Below, piece after piece: positions 8,567 to 18,186 of a stretch of DNA of 64,000 bases. The translations under genes and the position numbers were made by a program. Below the pieces are notes generated by a model that was given only the letters and a program-made list of their open reading frames with translations, ran no database searches and was not told where the DNA came from. This stretch comes from a virus. Within the stretch, counting starts at the first letter, position 1, and each line of letters begins with the position of its first letter. The DNA is taken from the IMG/VR virus record IMGVR_UViG_3300045988_135886; one strand, written 5' to 3'.

Positions 8567-11500
8567 ATGAACTATATTATATCACAGTATCTGGTTTTTG
8601 AAAAGAACGATCAAGGTGGAATTTTACCAGAAACACGTTGGAGTAGAAGAACAAGATTGTACAACGAAGGTCGTGCGGAGGCTTTATCAAATTGGAAAGA
8701 ATATGATAATGACACAAGAGCATTGACCCAGCTTAATAATGCACTTCAGAATAATGGTCAAACTATTACCGATAACGCAGAAAGACAGAAAATTGCTGAT
8801 AAAACTCTAAAAAATGCCAGTGAAAGAGCGAAAGAATATGGTAACCAAATTGTAGCGAATACGAAAACTCTTAGTGACTTTAAGAAAGAGAATGAAGTAG
8901 AGGACCCCAATAAGCAAGTAAAACCTAAATTTACTGATGGATTAAAAAGTTTTGCTTCTTCTGCACTTTCATCAATTGGTAATGCTGTTGTTTCTGCCGG
9001 TACAGCAATGATTGCACAGCAATTAATCTCATGGGGACTTCAAGGTATTGATGCTATTGTTCATTGGAATGATAACATTATTGCTAAAGGAAAAGAAGCA
9101 AAAGAAACAATCCTTGAGCAAAATCAAACTTATAAAGATCAGAAGTCTCAATTAGAAGAGCTCCAAGAACAATATACAAAATACGCTTCAGGTGTCAAAA
9201 TCTCTGGTAATATTATTAAAAATGCCACTCTTTCGGATGAAGATTTTCAAGCGTTTCTCGATACAAGTAATCAAATTGCTAACTTAGCACCTTCTATGAT
9301 TGATGGTTGGGACTCTGAAGGCAATGCTATTCTTAAATTTGGAACGGATACCAAAGAAGCTAATCAGCAAATTTCAGATTATATTCAACTCCAACGTGAC
9401 GTAACACATCTATCCATTAGAGATAATCTACAGGATGAGTATAAGGGTGTAGTTAAAGATGCAGAGAAAACTGGAAAAGAAATTTCTAATAAAAAAGATC
9501 AAAAAAAGGAAGCAGATACTATTACATCTGGATGGACCGCATTAAAAAATGCAACCGAAACAGATGGACCTATTACTTTTACTACAACTGCACCACAAAA
9601 AGAAGTTGAAGAATTACTAGATAAATATAAAGTTACATCGTTAATAACTAGCGATGTAAATGGTGATACTTATACAGTAGATATGTCAGAGCTTTCTGCG
9701 GCAGATAAAAATGCTCTTAAAACGTCTCTTGAATCTAAAGAAGCATTAGCTCAAGGTAATGCCAATTTAATTGAATCTGAAAAACTTGCTCAAGAAGCTG
9801 TACAAGCATCTAAATGGAAAGATTTACTTCCAAGTTTACAAGCATATGTTGAATCATCAAATATGTTTGATAACATGGATTCAGATGTTGCAGAAAGAGC
9901 TAAAAATGGCATTAACACAATGCTATCCAATATTGATATTTCTAAAATGACAGATCAAATAAAAGATGCTGGTGGTATTGATGATTGGATTGATAAGACT
10001 TTAATCGCTCCTATGACATCGGGTTCGAAAGATGTTCAAAAAGCTTGGGCTGACCTTTTTTCATTGGAAGACTCTTATGGTTCCGAAGATTCAAAGATGA
10101 CAGTTGGAGAATGGTCCAAACAGCGAAATGATTATCTTAAAACAATTTCTGAAGGTACTGGTGAAAGTTTTGATAGTCTTGCTAAAAAATTAGGATATAA
10201 AACTGATGAAGGTTGGACTGTTAGAGAACAGATTAACAATGCAGCTGCTCGTCTTTATGGAAAAAACTATGATAGAGATCAAAGAGCGGAAATAGGTAGT
10301 TATTTAAATGGATTGACCAAAGATAATTATGAAATAGCTATTGATTTACTTATTAATGGTGATAAAGCATTTTCTTCTTTAGATGAATTTAAAGAAAAAG
10401 TTAATGAAGCAATAAGCAATGCTAAGAATCAGGCAGATGAAGCTGCTGTTTCTTTAGATTCAATGGAAACGAAAGTATCAACTGCTAAGTCTACTCTTTC
10501 TTCTATGGGAACTATTCTTACAGAGACTACTTCTGCAGGTGGAATTTCTAAAGACAATGTTAAGATCCTTTCTACTGCTTTCAAAGATGTGAAAGATCCT
10601 CGTGGCATTGAGCAAAATGTTAATGATTTATTCACCACTACTTCTGATGGTATCAAACTAAACATAGATGCTTTGAAAACCTTTACGGAATATCAGGCTG
10701 AAGCCACTGATGGAGATTTCGAAAAGGGTATTAAGTTACAGACTAAAGCTATTGCCGAGCAAGCAGAAGAAACAGATAAAGCTTGGAAAGCTATTGCTAA
10801 AGCCGATGACAAGGAAGCAGCTAGAGCAACTTATGACGCAGAAAAAGATAAATTAAAAGATGCTAGAGACGAATATTTATCCTATATGCAATCTCAGTCT
10901 GAATGGCAAGCGACTAAGAAACAGCAACAGGAACTTCTCTCCTATTATTCTCAGTGGCAACGTGCTCAGAGTACGGAGAATGCCGGAGATAAATATAATA
11001 ACATTGTCGCAGGACTAAAGAATGCTAAAGATGCATATGATAAAGGTCTTGTAGGTACAGATGATTTTAAATCATTTGCTGCTCTTATTTCTCCTACAGG
11101 TTCAGATGATAGAGCAAACTTTGCAGAGAATTATGGTAAAGCTGTAAGATACCTCACAGAAGATAAGACAGGTGTTAATAATTTCTTAGCTGATCTTAAA
11201 TCTAAGGGTATGGCATCTTATGATGATGCAAGTAAAAGATGGTCATTTGACATAGATGATATGAGTAAAGCCGCTCGATCAATGGGAATCAGCAAAGAAT
11301 TCATGAGTGCTAACTTCGGTCGTCTTCGTGATTATGGCATTGATAATAACTTTATATCATCTATAGAGGAAGGTATAGACAGAACTCAAGAACTTACTTC
11401 TGCCCTTTCAGATGAACAGAAACGACTCGAAGAACTGAAAAATACAGATAGTACTAACACTACTGCTATTTCTGCTTCTGAGGATAAAGTTAATAAATAT

Positions 11501-14500
11501 AAACAGGATTTAAAAGAAACCTATGATAACATGGAGTCTTATTCAGAAGATGCTGCTCAAAATGCTGTTGATAATTTCAATTCATCTGCCATGGGAGCGC
11601 AAGCCTACGAAGAAGAGATAAAAAGAGTTCAAAAAAATGATCAATTGACAAATGATCAGCGAAATGCAGCTATTAATCAATTAAAAGCTAAACAAGAAGA
11701 GCTAGCTGCTTCTGCCGGTACAACTGTTGAAGCTCTTTTAGGAACAGATGTATCTTCATTAATGGATGGTATCATAACAGATTCTGCTTCTGTTACTACA
11801 GCTCTTGATGGTATCAATAAAGCATATGAAGAACAGAACACAGATGTTACTTCTTTAGTAGACACTCTTGGAAAATATACTTCTGAACAGTTAGAAGGTA
11901 TAGATTTCAATGATGGTAAATGGGACACTGAATTAGGTGATGCAGAAAAAGCTGTTGAATCTTTATGCGAAAAACTCGGTTTAACTAAAGACCAAGCTCG
12001 TTCTGTTATTGAGGCTTTAAAAGAAGCTGGTAAATTAAAAGATTCTGAGAAAAGTAGTGATTCCTCTAAAGAAACTACTAAGGGGTCTTGGGAGAAACCA
12101 CAGACTGCTGAACAGATGGGATTCGGTGATGATCCTGATAGGGCTGCTGAATATACACATTCATTGGAAGCTCTTACTGCTGCCCATAAAGAAAACGATG
12201 CCGCTACTGAAAAGTCATTTGAAACCCTTTCTAAATATAACCGTACACAATTAGAGGGCATCAAATTAAATGATGGTGCTTATAATGTTGAGGGTATGGA
12301 ACAGGCTGAAGATGCCATACAACAGTTAGCAGATAAGACTCAGTTGTCTAAAGATCAGATCCTTACTGCTCTTGAAGGTCTTGGTGTTTTGAAAGTTAAT
12401 GCTCCTACTATGGATGCGACAAAAGGTTTGGAAGATTTAGTTTCTGAGGCTAAAGATGCACAGGACGAATTGTCTGACCTTACTGGTAAAACATACACAT
12501 TTGATTTTGATACTACTGATTTAGATACTGCTCATAAACAGGTAGCTGACCTGCAGGAAGAAGTAAATAAATATAGAGATCGTGATGGTAAATACCATCC
12601 AGAGATTACTGGCGGAGAACAGGTGCAATCAATGTACAAAGCCGCTATTGCTCAAGAACAGAATGCTGAATATAGTTCTTCTGCTATTGGACAGTCTAGC
12701 TTATCATCAGATGTCGTACAAGCTGCTCAAGATTTCATGCAAGCCAAGAATGAAATGGATCAACAAACACAACTCTATCAGAATGGTATGGACAACACCC
12801 TTGATCAGGCTACTCAAGATGCCAATGCAGCTTTTGAAACCTTACAACAGGCTCAGACTGATTCAGGTATCAAATTAGTAGATACAGACAATATTCAAAC
12901 TGCCGAAGATCAGTTATTACAATTATCCAATGAAGATATTGGTGATAAAATCAAAATAGATGTTGATACAACTTCTGTTGATGACGCTCTTGCCGATGTA
13001 CAAGCACTTGCAGCAGACGGAAAAATGGGAAGTATTGACTTAGATTTTAATGTTAATACGATGTCTATTGATGATATAGATTCTAAGATAGAAGAATTGA
13101 CAAATCAACAGAAAGTATTAACTATTCTAGGAGATGTTGAGGGAGCAGATAAAGTACAAGCTCTTATTGATGCCTTGCAGCAAGTACATGACAAACAAGT
13201 TGAAGTTGTTGCACAGACCCAAGGTGCAGATTTAGTAGACCAACTTCAGTCACGAATAGCCGAATTGCAAGATAAGAATGTATCTATTGATGCAATTGTT
13301 CAAGATGATAAAGTTCAAAGTCTTATAAGTGAAATTGCTGCTCTCCCACCAGAAGTCCAAATAGCTATTGGTGTAAATGAAAATAATGTAGGAAATGCAG
13401 AAGCTATCAAAGCTCAGATTGAATCCGATCCTGCAAGTATTACTGTAAATTATGTTAAAGGTGAAGAACCTGAAAAAGCGGATGACATTGAAGGAAAAGC
13501 TAATTTTACTCTTGGAGAACATCCTACAAAAGCTCCAGACATTTCAGGTACAGCTAATTATAGTCTTGGTAGTTATCCTAAAACTGCTCCAACTATTTTT
13601 GGTACTGCTGTTTATACTAAAAAGATTCAAGCTTCTGGCACAATGACATCAGTTGCTCACGCTTCTGGAACAGCTTATAACGTTCTTAATATGAGACCTC
13701 TCTCTTCTGCTCATGCAAAAGGTGATGTAGCACTTAAACATGATGAGCAAGCACTTATTAATGAGGTATGCATCAACGGTCATTCTGAATCCATAGTGCG
13801 TGATGGTGTATGGTCGCTTATTCCTGGTGGTGCTCATATTGAGAATTTGAAAAAAGGTGACATCATCTTTTCAGCTACTCAAACAGAGGATTTATTAAAA
13901 CATGGTGCTACACATGGTCATGCTAGAGCATATGCACAAGGCACTGCTTCCAGTGTAACCCTTGCTCCTGCCTATGCAGACGGTACATCAGAATTAGATG
14001 ATACAATTAAAAAAGTAAGTACTCAAGCTAAAGACTGGATAGAAACTGCTCTTGATCGTTTAGAGAGAATCGTTGAAAAGTATCAAGATATCGCTGAAAG
14101 CGATTATAGTAATTATAAGTCTTCTGAGAAGAATTATGATAAAGCACTTAAAAATCTGAATAAACAATTACAGACACAAAAAGATTCCAGAGCAAAATAC
14201 GTAGCTAAAGCAAATGAAGTTGCTTCTGCTGTTGGTTTATCTGACGAACTGAAAAAGAAAGTCCAGAATGGTACAATCAATATTGAAAGTTTATCCGAAG
14301 ATGATAAGAAACGTGTTGACGCATATCAGGAATGGTATGAAAAAATCTTGGATTGTGACAAAGCGATTCGTGAACTCACTAAGTCACAGAAAGATTTAGC
14401 TAAAGCAAAGGTCGAACGTGTTATTGAAGCTTATGACACCGTCATAGGTAAACGTGAGAATAAAGCTGACTATTACAAAGCTAAACAGGAATTGAGAATC

Positions 14501-17179
14501 TCACAAGGGTATAATCAGAAACCTGGTTCTAAATATGAAAAATACATGAAAAAGGAACTCTATTATACCAATGAACAGAAACGTCTTACTGATAAAGAAA
14601 TAAAAGAATATAAAGGTAGGATGAAAGAATATCTTAAGGTAAATGGACATAAAACTGTCGATCCAGAATACCAAAAGATGAAGAAACAGCTTTATAGTCT
14701 CCAGACAGAGGCTGTTAAGTTAGAAAATGAAGCTGCTGAATTAGTTCAGGCTTTACAAGATAATCGTGAACAGATAAAACAATGGGCTGTTGACCGCTGG
14801 GATCGTGCAGGTTCCAAGCAGGATGCAGTAATTGATTACGCAAAAGCAAATGATAATCCTGAGTATCAGATTAACGAAAAGATTTATCAGGAGCGCATTA
14901 AATCTAATGCGAGACAGATCAATGCACTTCAAAAGCTTCGTGCAGAAAAAGCCGAATACTATGATACTCATTTTTCTTCTATGAATAATGAAGAAGCCCA
15001 GAAATATCTTAATTCTATAGCACAGATTGACGAACAAATTTTAAAAATCGGCAGTGATATAGAAAATCTGAAAAATGAAATCATGGAACTTCGCTGGAAA
15101 CCATTTGATGATGCACAAGATAAACTATCAAATGTTATCACTGAATATCAGACTATGCAAAAACTTCTCGGTGACGCTGAAAGTTTTTACAATGATGATG
15201 GTTCATTTACTACAAATGGATTAACTAACATTTTATTAACTCAAGAATCTATAGATGCGACAAAACAGAAGATTGCTAACTATAGGGAAGGTCTTAATAA
15301 GCTTGAAGAACAATATAAAAATGGTTGTTACAGCTTAGACGAATACAATGAGAAAAGCAAACAACTTCTTGATGGTATTCAACAAGAATCTACTGCTCTT
15401 TCTGAACTGAAACAGAATATGCTTGATATGTATGAGACTCAAATTAAGAAAGAGAATGATTTACTTCAGGAAAATATTGATAAGCGTAAAGACGCTCTTT
15501 CTGCTAAAGAGAAATATTACGATTATGACAAAACTTTAAAAAAGAAGTCTAAAGATATTAATACTCTTAAATCCCAGATAGCTGCCCTTGAAGGAACCAG
15601 TAATGCTGCCGCCAAAGCTCGTCTTGAGAAATTACGTGCGGAACTTGCAGATGCCGAAGATGATATGGCAGATACCATGCATCAACACGAAGTCGATATG
15701 AAAAATACCGGCTATGAGAATTTCTCTAATGAAGCGAATAAAGCTCTTGATAATACACTTGATGCAGTAAAGAAAAATTCTTCGTTTCAGGAAGCTATTA
15801 TTAATGGAATGCTTACCAATGTAACCACTAATTATGATAACACATATAAACATTTACATACTGTGATGGATCAGTATGGTGTTAAGGTGTCTGGCACATT
15901 TGATACTATGATAGGTAAGTCTGCTGATTTCAATACAAGTTTAATTCAACAGATAAAAGCATTAGAAACCATTTCTAATATGAAAGTTACTCTTCCATAC
16001 GGAACAAGCAATGGACAAGGTGGTTCTACAACTGGTAATAATACATATACCGGTGCTGAGAATGGTATTCACAATACATTTAATAGCAATAAAGACTCCA
16101 CTGGTGCTGGAAATGAAACTCCAGGTACAGTTAATAACAAGAAATACAGTTTAAAACTAAACGCTACTGATATTTATTTAACTTATGACCATATTAAACA
16201 GCAGCTTAAAGCAACATGGTCACCAAGCAAACCGGAACACTCTGATATTGAGTGGAAAAGTTCTGATGAATCTATTGCAAAAGTTTCTTCTGATGGTACA
16301 GTTCGTGGTGTGTCTTCAGGTCTTAATAAGAACGGTTTAATGGCGCGTGATGAGTCTAAAACAAGAAAATGTATCATTACTGCTATTGGCGGTGGTGGTC
16401 TTGCTAAAGCTACTTGTACCGTTCATGTAATGCCAAATGCTCATTACGAAGCAATTAAATCCTATGCAGCTAATGCAGGGATTGATGTTACTTCTGGAGA
16501 TAACTTAAGAGCCGCCATGCAATATGCATATCAAAATGGGGCTAATCATAGCTACCAGTCTGATGTCGCAGTTGAAGGATTCAAAAAGGCATATCTGAAG
16601 GATTGGACAAGCTCTCTACCTAATCGTCCAGATGGAGCAACTGATATTCCATCTGGTGTTAGTCAGTTAGTAGGTTACTTCAATTCCAAAGGTAAAAAAG
16701 TCGGACCAAAAGAAATGCAACAGCTTGCAGATATTCTTGGAATTAGTACTCCAGGTGTTAAAAAATATGATTCATGGGGTTCTGCTTTAAAAAATCAGAT
16801 ACTTCAAAAGTATAAATCATATGGTTTTGCTACTGGTGGAATAATAAATAAGCTAATACCTGCTGATATGAGTACTCTTTTAGGTAAAGCTATTATTAGT
16901 AATGGAGATCAGGGATTCATTGGTGCAAAAGTTGGCGAATCAGTAATGACCGAGGAATTTACTCGTCTGCTCAAACCTTCTATTGCTGCAATGAATGACT
17001 TTACCAATATGTTTAACCCGGTTACTCCTACTGCCACAAATAATGATTATACTATCAACAACGAAGTGAACATTAATGTAGCAAATATGAGTAATGATTT
17101 AGACATCCAAGATGTCGCAAACAAAGTTTCTACAATTATTAATAAAAATATGACTAGAGACTGGAGAAAGCTTAGATGA
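8567..17179 (+). CDS. tape measure protein, C-terminal piece (giant coiled-coil protein with an Ig-like domain)
   Basis: 2870-aa ORF. Gly/hydrophobic segment near the N-terminus (SSALSSIGNAVVSAGTAMIAQQLISWG). Kilobases of E/K/Q-rich coiled coil. Repeated A(H/Y)AxGT motifs (AHASGT, AHAKGD, AYAQGT, AYADGT, GFATGG) typical of TMP C-termini. Big_2-like Ig domain around 16140-16430. No SD before the ATG at 8567. Confidence 0.7.
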   Translation: MNYIISQYLVFEKNDQGGILPETRWSRRTRLYNEGRAEALSNWKEYDNDTRALTQLNNALQNNGQTITDNAERQKIADKTLKNASERAKEYGNQIVANTKTLSDFKKENEVEDPNKQVKPKFTDGLKSFASSALSSIGNAVVSAGTAMIAQQLISWGLQGIDAIVHWNDNIIAKGKEAKETILEQNQTYKDQKSQLEELQEQYTKYASGVKISGNIIKNATLSDEDFQAFLDTSNQIANLAPSMIDGWDSEGNAILKFGTDTKEANQQISDYIQLQRDVTHLSIRDNLQDEYKGVVKDAEKTGKEISNKKDQKKEADTITSGWTALKNATETDGPITFTTTAPQKEVEELLDKYKVTSLITSDVNGDTYTVDMSELSAADKNALKTSLESKEALAQGNANLIESEKLAQEAVQASKWKDLLPSLQAYVESSNMFDNMDSDVAERAKNGINTMLSNIDISKMTDQIKDAGGIDDWIDKTLIAPMTSGSKDVQKAWADLFSLEDSYGSEDSKMTVGEWSKQRNDYLKTISEGTGESFDSLAKKLGYKTDEGWTVREQINNAAARLYGKNYDRDQRAEIGSYLNGLTKDNYEIAIDLLINGDKAFSSLDEFKEKVNEAISNAKNQADEAAVSLDSMETKVSTAKSTLSSMGTILTETTSAGGISKDNVKILSTAFKDVKDPRGIEQNVNDLFTTTSDGIKLNIDALKTFTEYQAEATDGDFEKGIKLQTKAIAEQAEETDKAWKAIAKADDKEAARATYDAEKDKLKDARDEYLSYMQSQSEWQATKKQQQELLSYYSQWQRAQSTENAGDKYNNIVAGLKNAKDAYDKGLVGTDDFKSFAALISPTGSDDRANFAENYGKAVRYLTEDKTGVNNFLADLKSKGMASYDDASKRWSFDIDDMSKAARSMGISKEFMSANFGRLRDYGIDNNFISSIEEGIDRTQELTSALSDEQKRLEELKNTDSTNTTAISASEDKVNKYKQDLKETYDNMESYSEDAAQNAVDNFNSSAMGAQAYEEEIKRVQKNDQLTNDQRNAAINQLKAKQEELAASAGTTVEALLGTDVSSLMDGIITDSASVTTALDGINKAYEEQNTDVTSLVDTLGKYTSEQLEGIDFNDGKWDTELGDAEKAVESLCEKLGLTKDQARSVIEALKEAGKLKDSEKSSDSSKETTKGSWEKPQTAEQMGFGDDPDRAAEYTHSLEALTAAHKENDAATEKSFETLSKYNRTQLEGIKLNDGAYNVEGMEQAEDAIQQLADKTQLSKDQILTALEGLGVLKVNAPTMDATKGLEDLVSEAKDAQDELSDLTGKTYTFDFDTTDLDTAHKQVADLQEEVNKYRDRDGKYHPEITGGEQVQSMYKAAIAQEQNAEYSSSAIGQSSLSSDVVQAAQDFMQAKNEMDQQTQLYQNGMDNTLDQATQDANAAFETLQQAQTDSGIKLVDTDNIQTAEDQLLQLSNEDIGDKIKIDVDTTSVDDALADVQALAADGKMGSIDLDFNVNTMSIDDIDSKIEELTNQQKVLTILGDVEGADKVQALIDALQQVHDKQVEVVAQTQGADLVDQLQSRIAELQDKNVSIDAIVQDDKVQSLISEIAALPPEVQIAIGVNENNVGNAEAIKAQIESDPASITVNYVKGEEPEKADDIEGKANFTLGEHPTKAPDISGTANYSLGSYPKTAPTIFGTAVYTKKIQASGTMTSVAHASGTAYNVLNMRPLSSAHAKGDVALKHDEQALINEVCINGHSESIVRDGVWSLIPGGAHIENLKKGDIIFSATQTEDLLKHGATHGHARAYAQGTASSVTLAPAYADGTSELDDTIKKVSTQAKDWIETALDRLERIVEKYQDIAESDYSNYKSSEKNYDKALKNLNKQLQTQKDSRAKYVAKANEVASAVGLSDELKKKVQNGTINIESLSEDDKKRVDAYQEWYEKILDCDKAIRELTKSQKDLAKAKVERVIEAYDTVIGKRENKADYYKAKQELRISQGYNQKPGSKYEKYMKKELYYTNEQKRLTDKEIKEYKGRMKEYLKVNGHKTVDPEYQKMKKQLYSLQTEAVKLENEAAELVQALQDNREQIKQWAVDRWDRAGSKQDAVIDYAKANDNPEYQINEKIYQERIKSNARQINALQKLRAEKAEYYDTHFSSMNNEEAQKYLNSIAQIDEQILKIGSDIENLKNEIMELRWKPFDDAQDKLSNVITEYQTMQKLLGDAESFYNDDGSFTTNGLTNILLTQESIDATKQKIANYREGLNKLEEQYKNGCYSLDEYNEKSKQLLDGIQQESTALSELKQNMLDMYETQIKKENDLLQENIDKRKDALSAKEKYYDYDKTLKKKSKDINTLKSQIAALEGTSNAAAKARLEKLRAELADAEDDMADTMHQHEVDMKNTGYENFSNEANKALDNTLDAVKKNSSFQEAIINGMLTNVTTNYDNTYKHLHTVMDQYGVKVSGTFDTMIGKSADFNTSLIQQIKALETISNMKVTLPYGTSNGQGGSTTGNNTYTGAENGIHNTFNSNKDSTGAGNETPGTVNNKKYSLKLNATDIYLTYDHIKQQLKATWSPSKPEHSDIEWKSSDESIAKVSSDGTVRGVSSGLNKNGLMARDESKTRKCIITAIGGGGLAKATCTVHVMPNAHYEAIKSYAANAGIDVTSGDNLRAAMQYAYQNGANHSYQSDVAVEGFKKAYLKDWTSSLPNRPDGATDIPSGVSQLVGYFNSKGKKVGPKEMQQLADILGISTPGVKKYDSWGSALKNQILQKYKSYGFATGGIINKLIPADMSTLLGKAIISNGDQGFIGAKVGESVMTEEFTRLLKPSIAAMNDFTNMFNPVTPTATNNDYTINNEVNINVANMSNDLDIQDVANKVSTIINKNMTRDWRKLR
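8576..8604 (-). promoter_or_regulatory. sigma-A-type promoter driving the 8538(-) gene
   Basis: On the minus strand: TTTTCA, 17-nt spacer, then TGaTATAAT (perfect extended -10). It lies inside the first codons of the 8567 ORF. Confidence 0.55.
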
Positions 17180-17180
17180 T

Positions 17181-17209
17181 AAAAGGACTGCTTCGGCAGT
17201 TCTTTTATT
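17181..17209 (+). terminator. terminator hairpin with a UUCG loop
   Basis: aaaaggactgc-ttcg-gcagttctttt followed by a T-run. Confidence 0.6.
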
Positions 17210-17241
17210 GTATGAAATTATAAAATGAAAGAGGTGAATAA

Positions 17242-18186
17242 ATGTTACAATTTGAATTTGATGGACATAATTCTAGTGAATACGGGATTATAATGACTGG
17301 AATCACAGACAATGATAATCTTGAAAGCAGATCTTTACAGTTAGGAGAAAAGAATAGATATAGAGCAAGAGAAAATCATTTCGGAGCAGTGTACGGTGAT
17401 AATTATAGCTTTACACTTAGCATCATGAAAAATCCTTGTCACAATACAAATGTGACACCTGAATTATCTAGTGGAATCATCACATATCCAGAAAAATGTA
17501 CTCCTATATTGAAAAATGGTATTATTACTTTCCCATTGGAGTACATTCCAGATGTTAAATTAGGTGTTATACAGATGAATGATACGGATTACCTTTCTTC
17601 AAGCAATATCCGTATTATTAATGGCTGGTTAACTTCTCCACAAACACCAAAATTATTTAAGATAATTGGTGGTGACTACTTCTACGAAGATATAGAGTTC
17701 TTTGCTACATTCACAGAAATTACTACTGATCATGTTGTGTTCCCATATGAAATGAATTTTACAGTCACTTGCGACAGTCCATATGGTTACACTCCTGAGA
17801 TTACGCATAATATCACCTCTTCTTCTACTCTTCCAAAAACTTATATAATTAACAACACTTCTGACTGTCATGAAGATTACATCTATCCTCTTATTAAAAT
17901 TTCCCCTAAAAGCCATGGCACTATTACAATCCAAAATGTAACAGACAATAACGGAACAATGAAAATAAATGCTTTAAAAGATGATGACTTTTATATTGAT
18001 TGCCAGCATTTAAAAATATATGACATTACTAATTCAATTATAAGTTTTGAAGATTTGGGTGTAAAAGATATAGATAATATATACTGGCTTAGATTGGCTT
18101 ACGGTGAAAATGAATTAAGATTCACTGGTGATGCTACATTTGAGCTTATTTATAGAGAACCAAGAAAGGTGGGTGCGTTTGGGTGA
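17242..18186 (+). CDS. distal tail protein (Dit)
   Basis: AGAGGTGA RBS. Lies directly after the TMP. N-terminus (LQFEFDGHNSSEYGIIMTGI) is typical of siphovirus Dit proteins. Confidence 0.65.
   Translation: MLQFEFDGHNSSEYGIIMTGITDNDNLESRSLQLGEKNRYRARENHFGAVYGDNYSFTLSIMKNPCHNTNVTPELSSGIITYPEKCTPILKNGIITFPLEYIPDVKLGVIQMNDTDYLSSSNIRIINGWLTSPQTPKLFKIIGGDYFYEDIEFFATFTEITTDHVVFPYEMNFTVTCDSPYGYTPEITHNITSSSTLPKTYIINNTSDCHEDYIYPLIKISPKSHGTITIQNVTDNNGTMKINALKDDDFYIDCQHLKIYDITNSIISFEDLGVKDIDNIYWLRLAYGENELRFTGDATFELIYREPRKVGAFG

Noticed and set aside
8567-17179. Short antisense and alternative-frame ORFs nested in the giant TMP-like gene. The same occurs in Tal, the 2407-aa gene, nrdJ, int and others.
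   Set aside because: They have no RBS. They are AT-rich frame artefacts with I/F/L/K-rich translations, and each is embedded in a long gene that has clear motif support.
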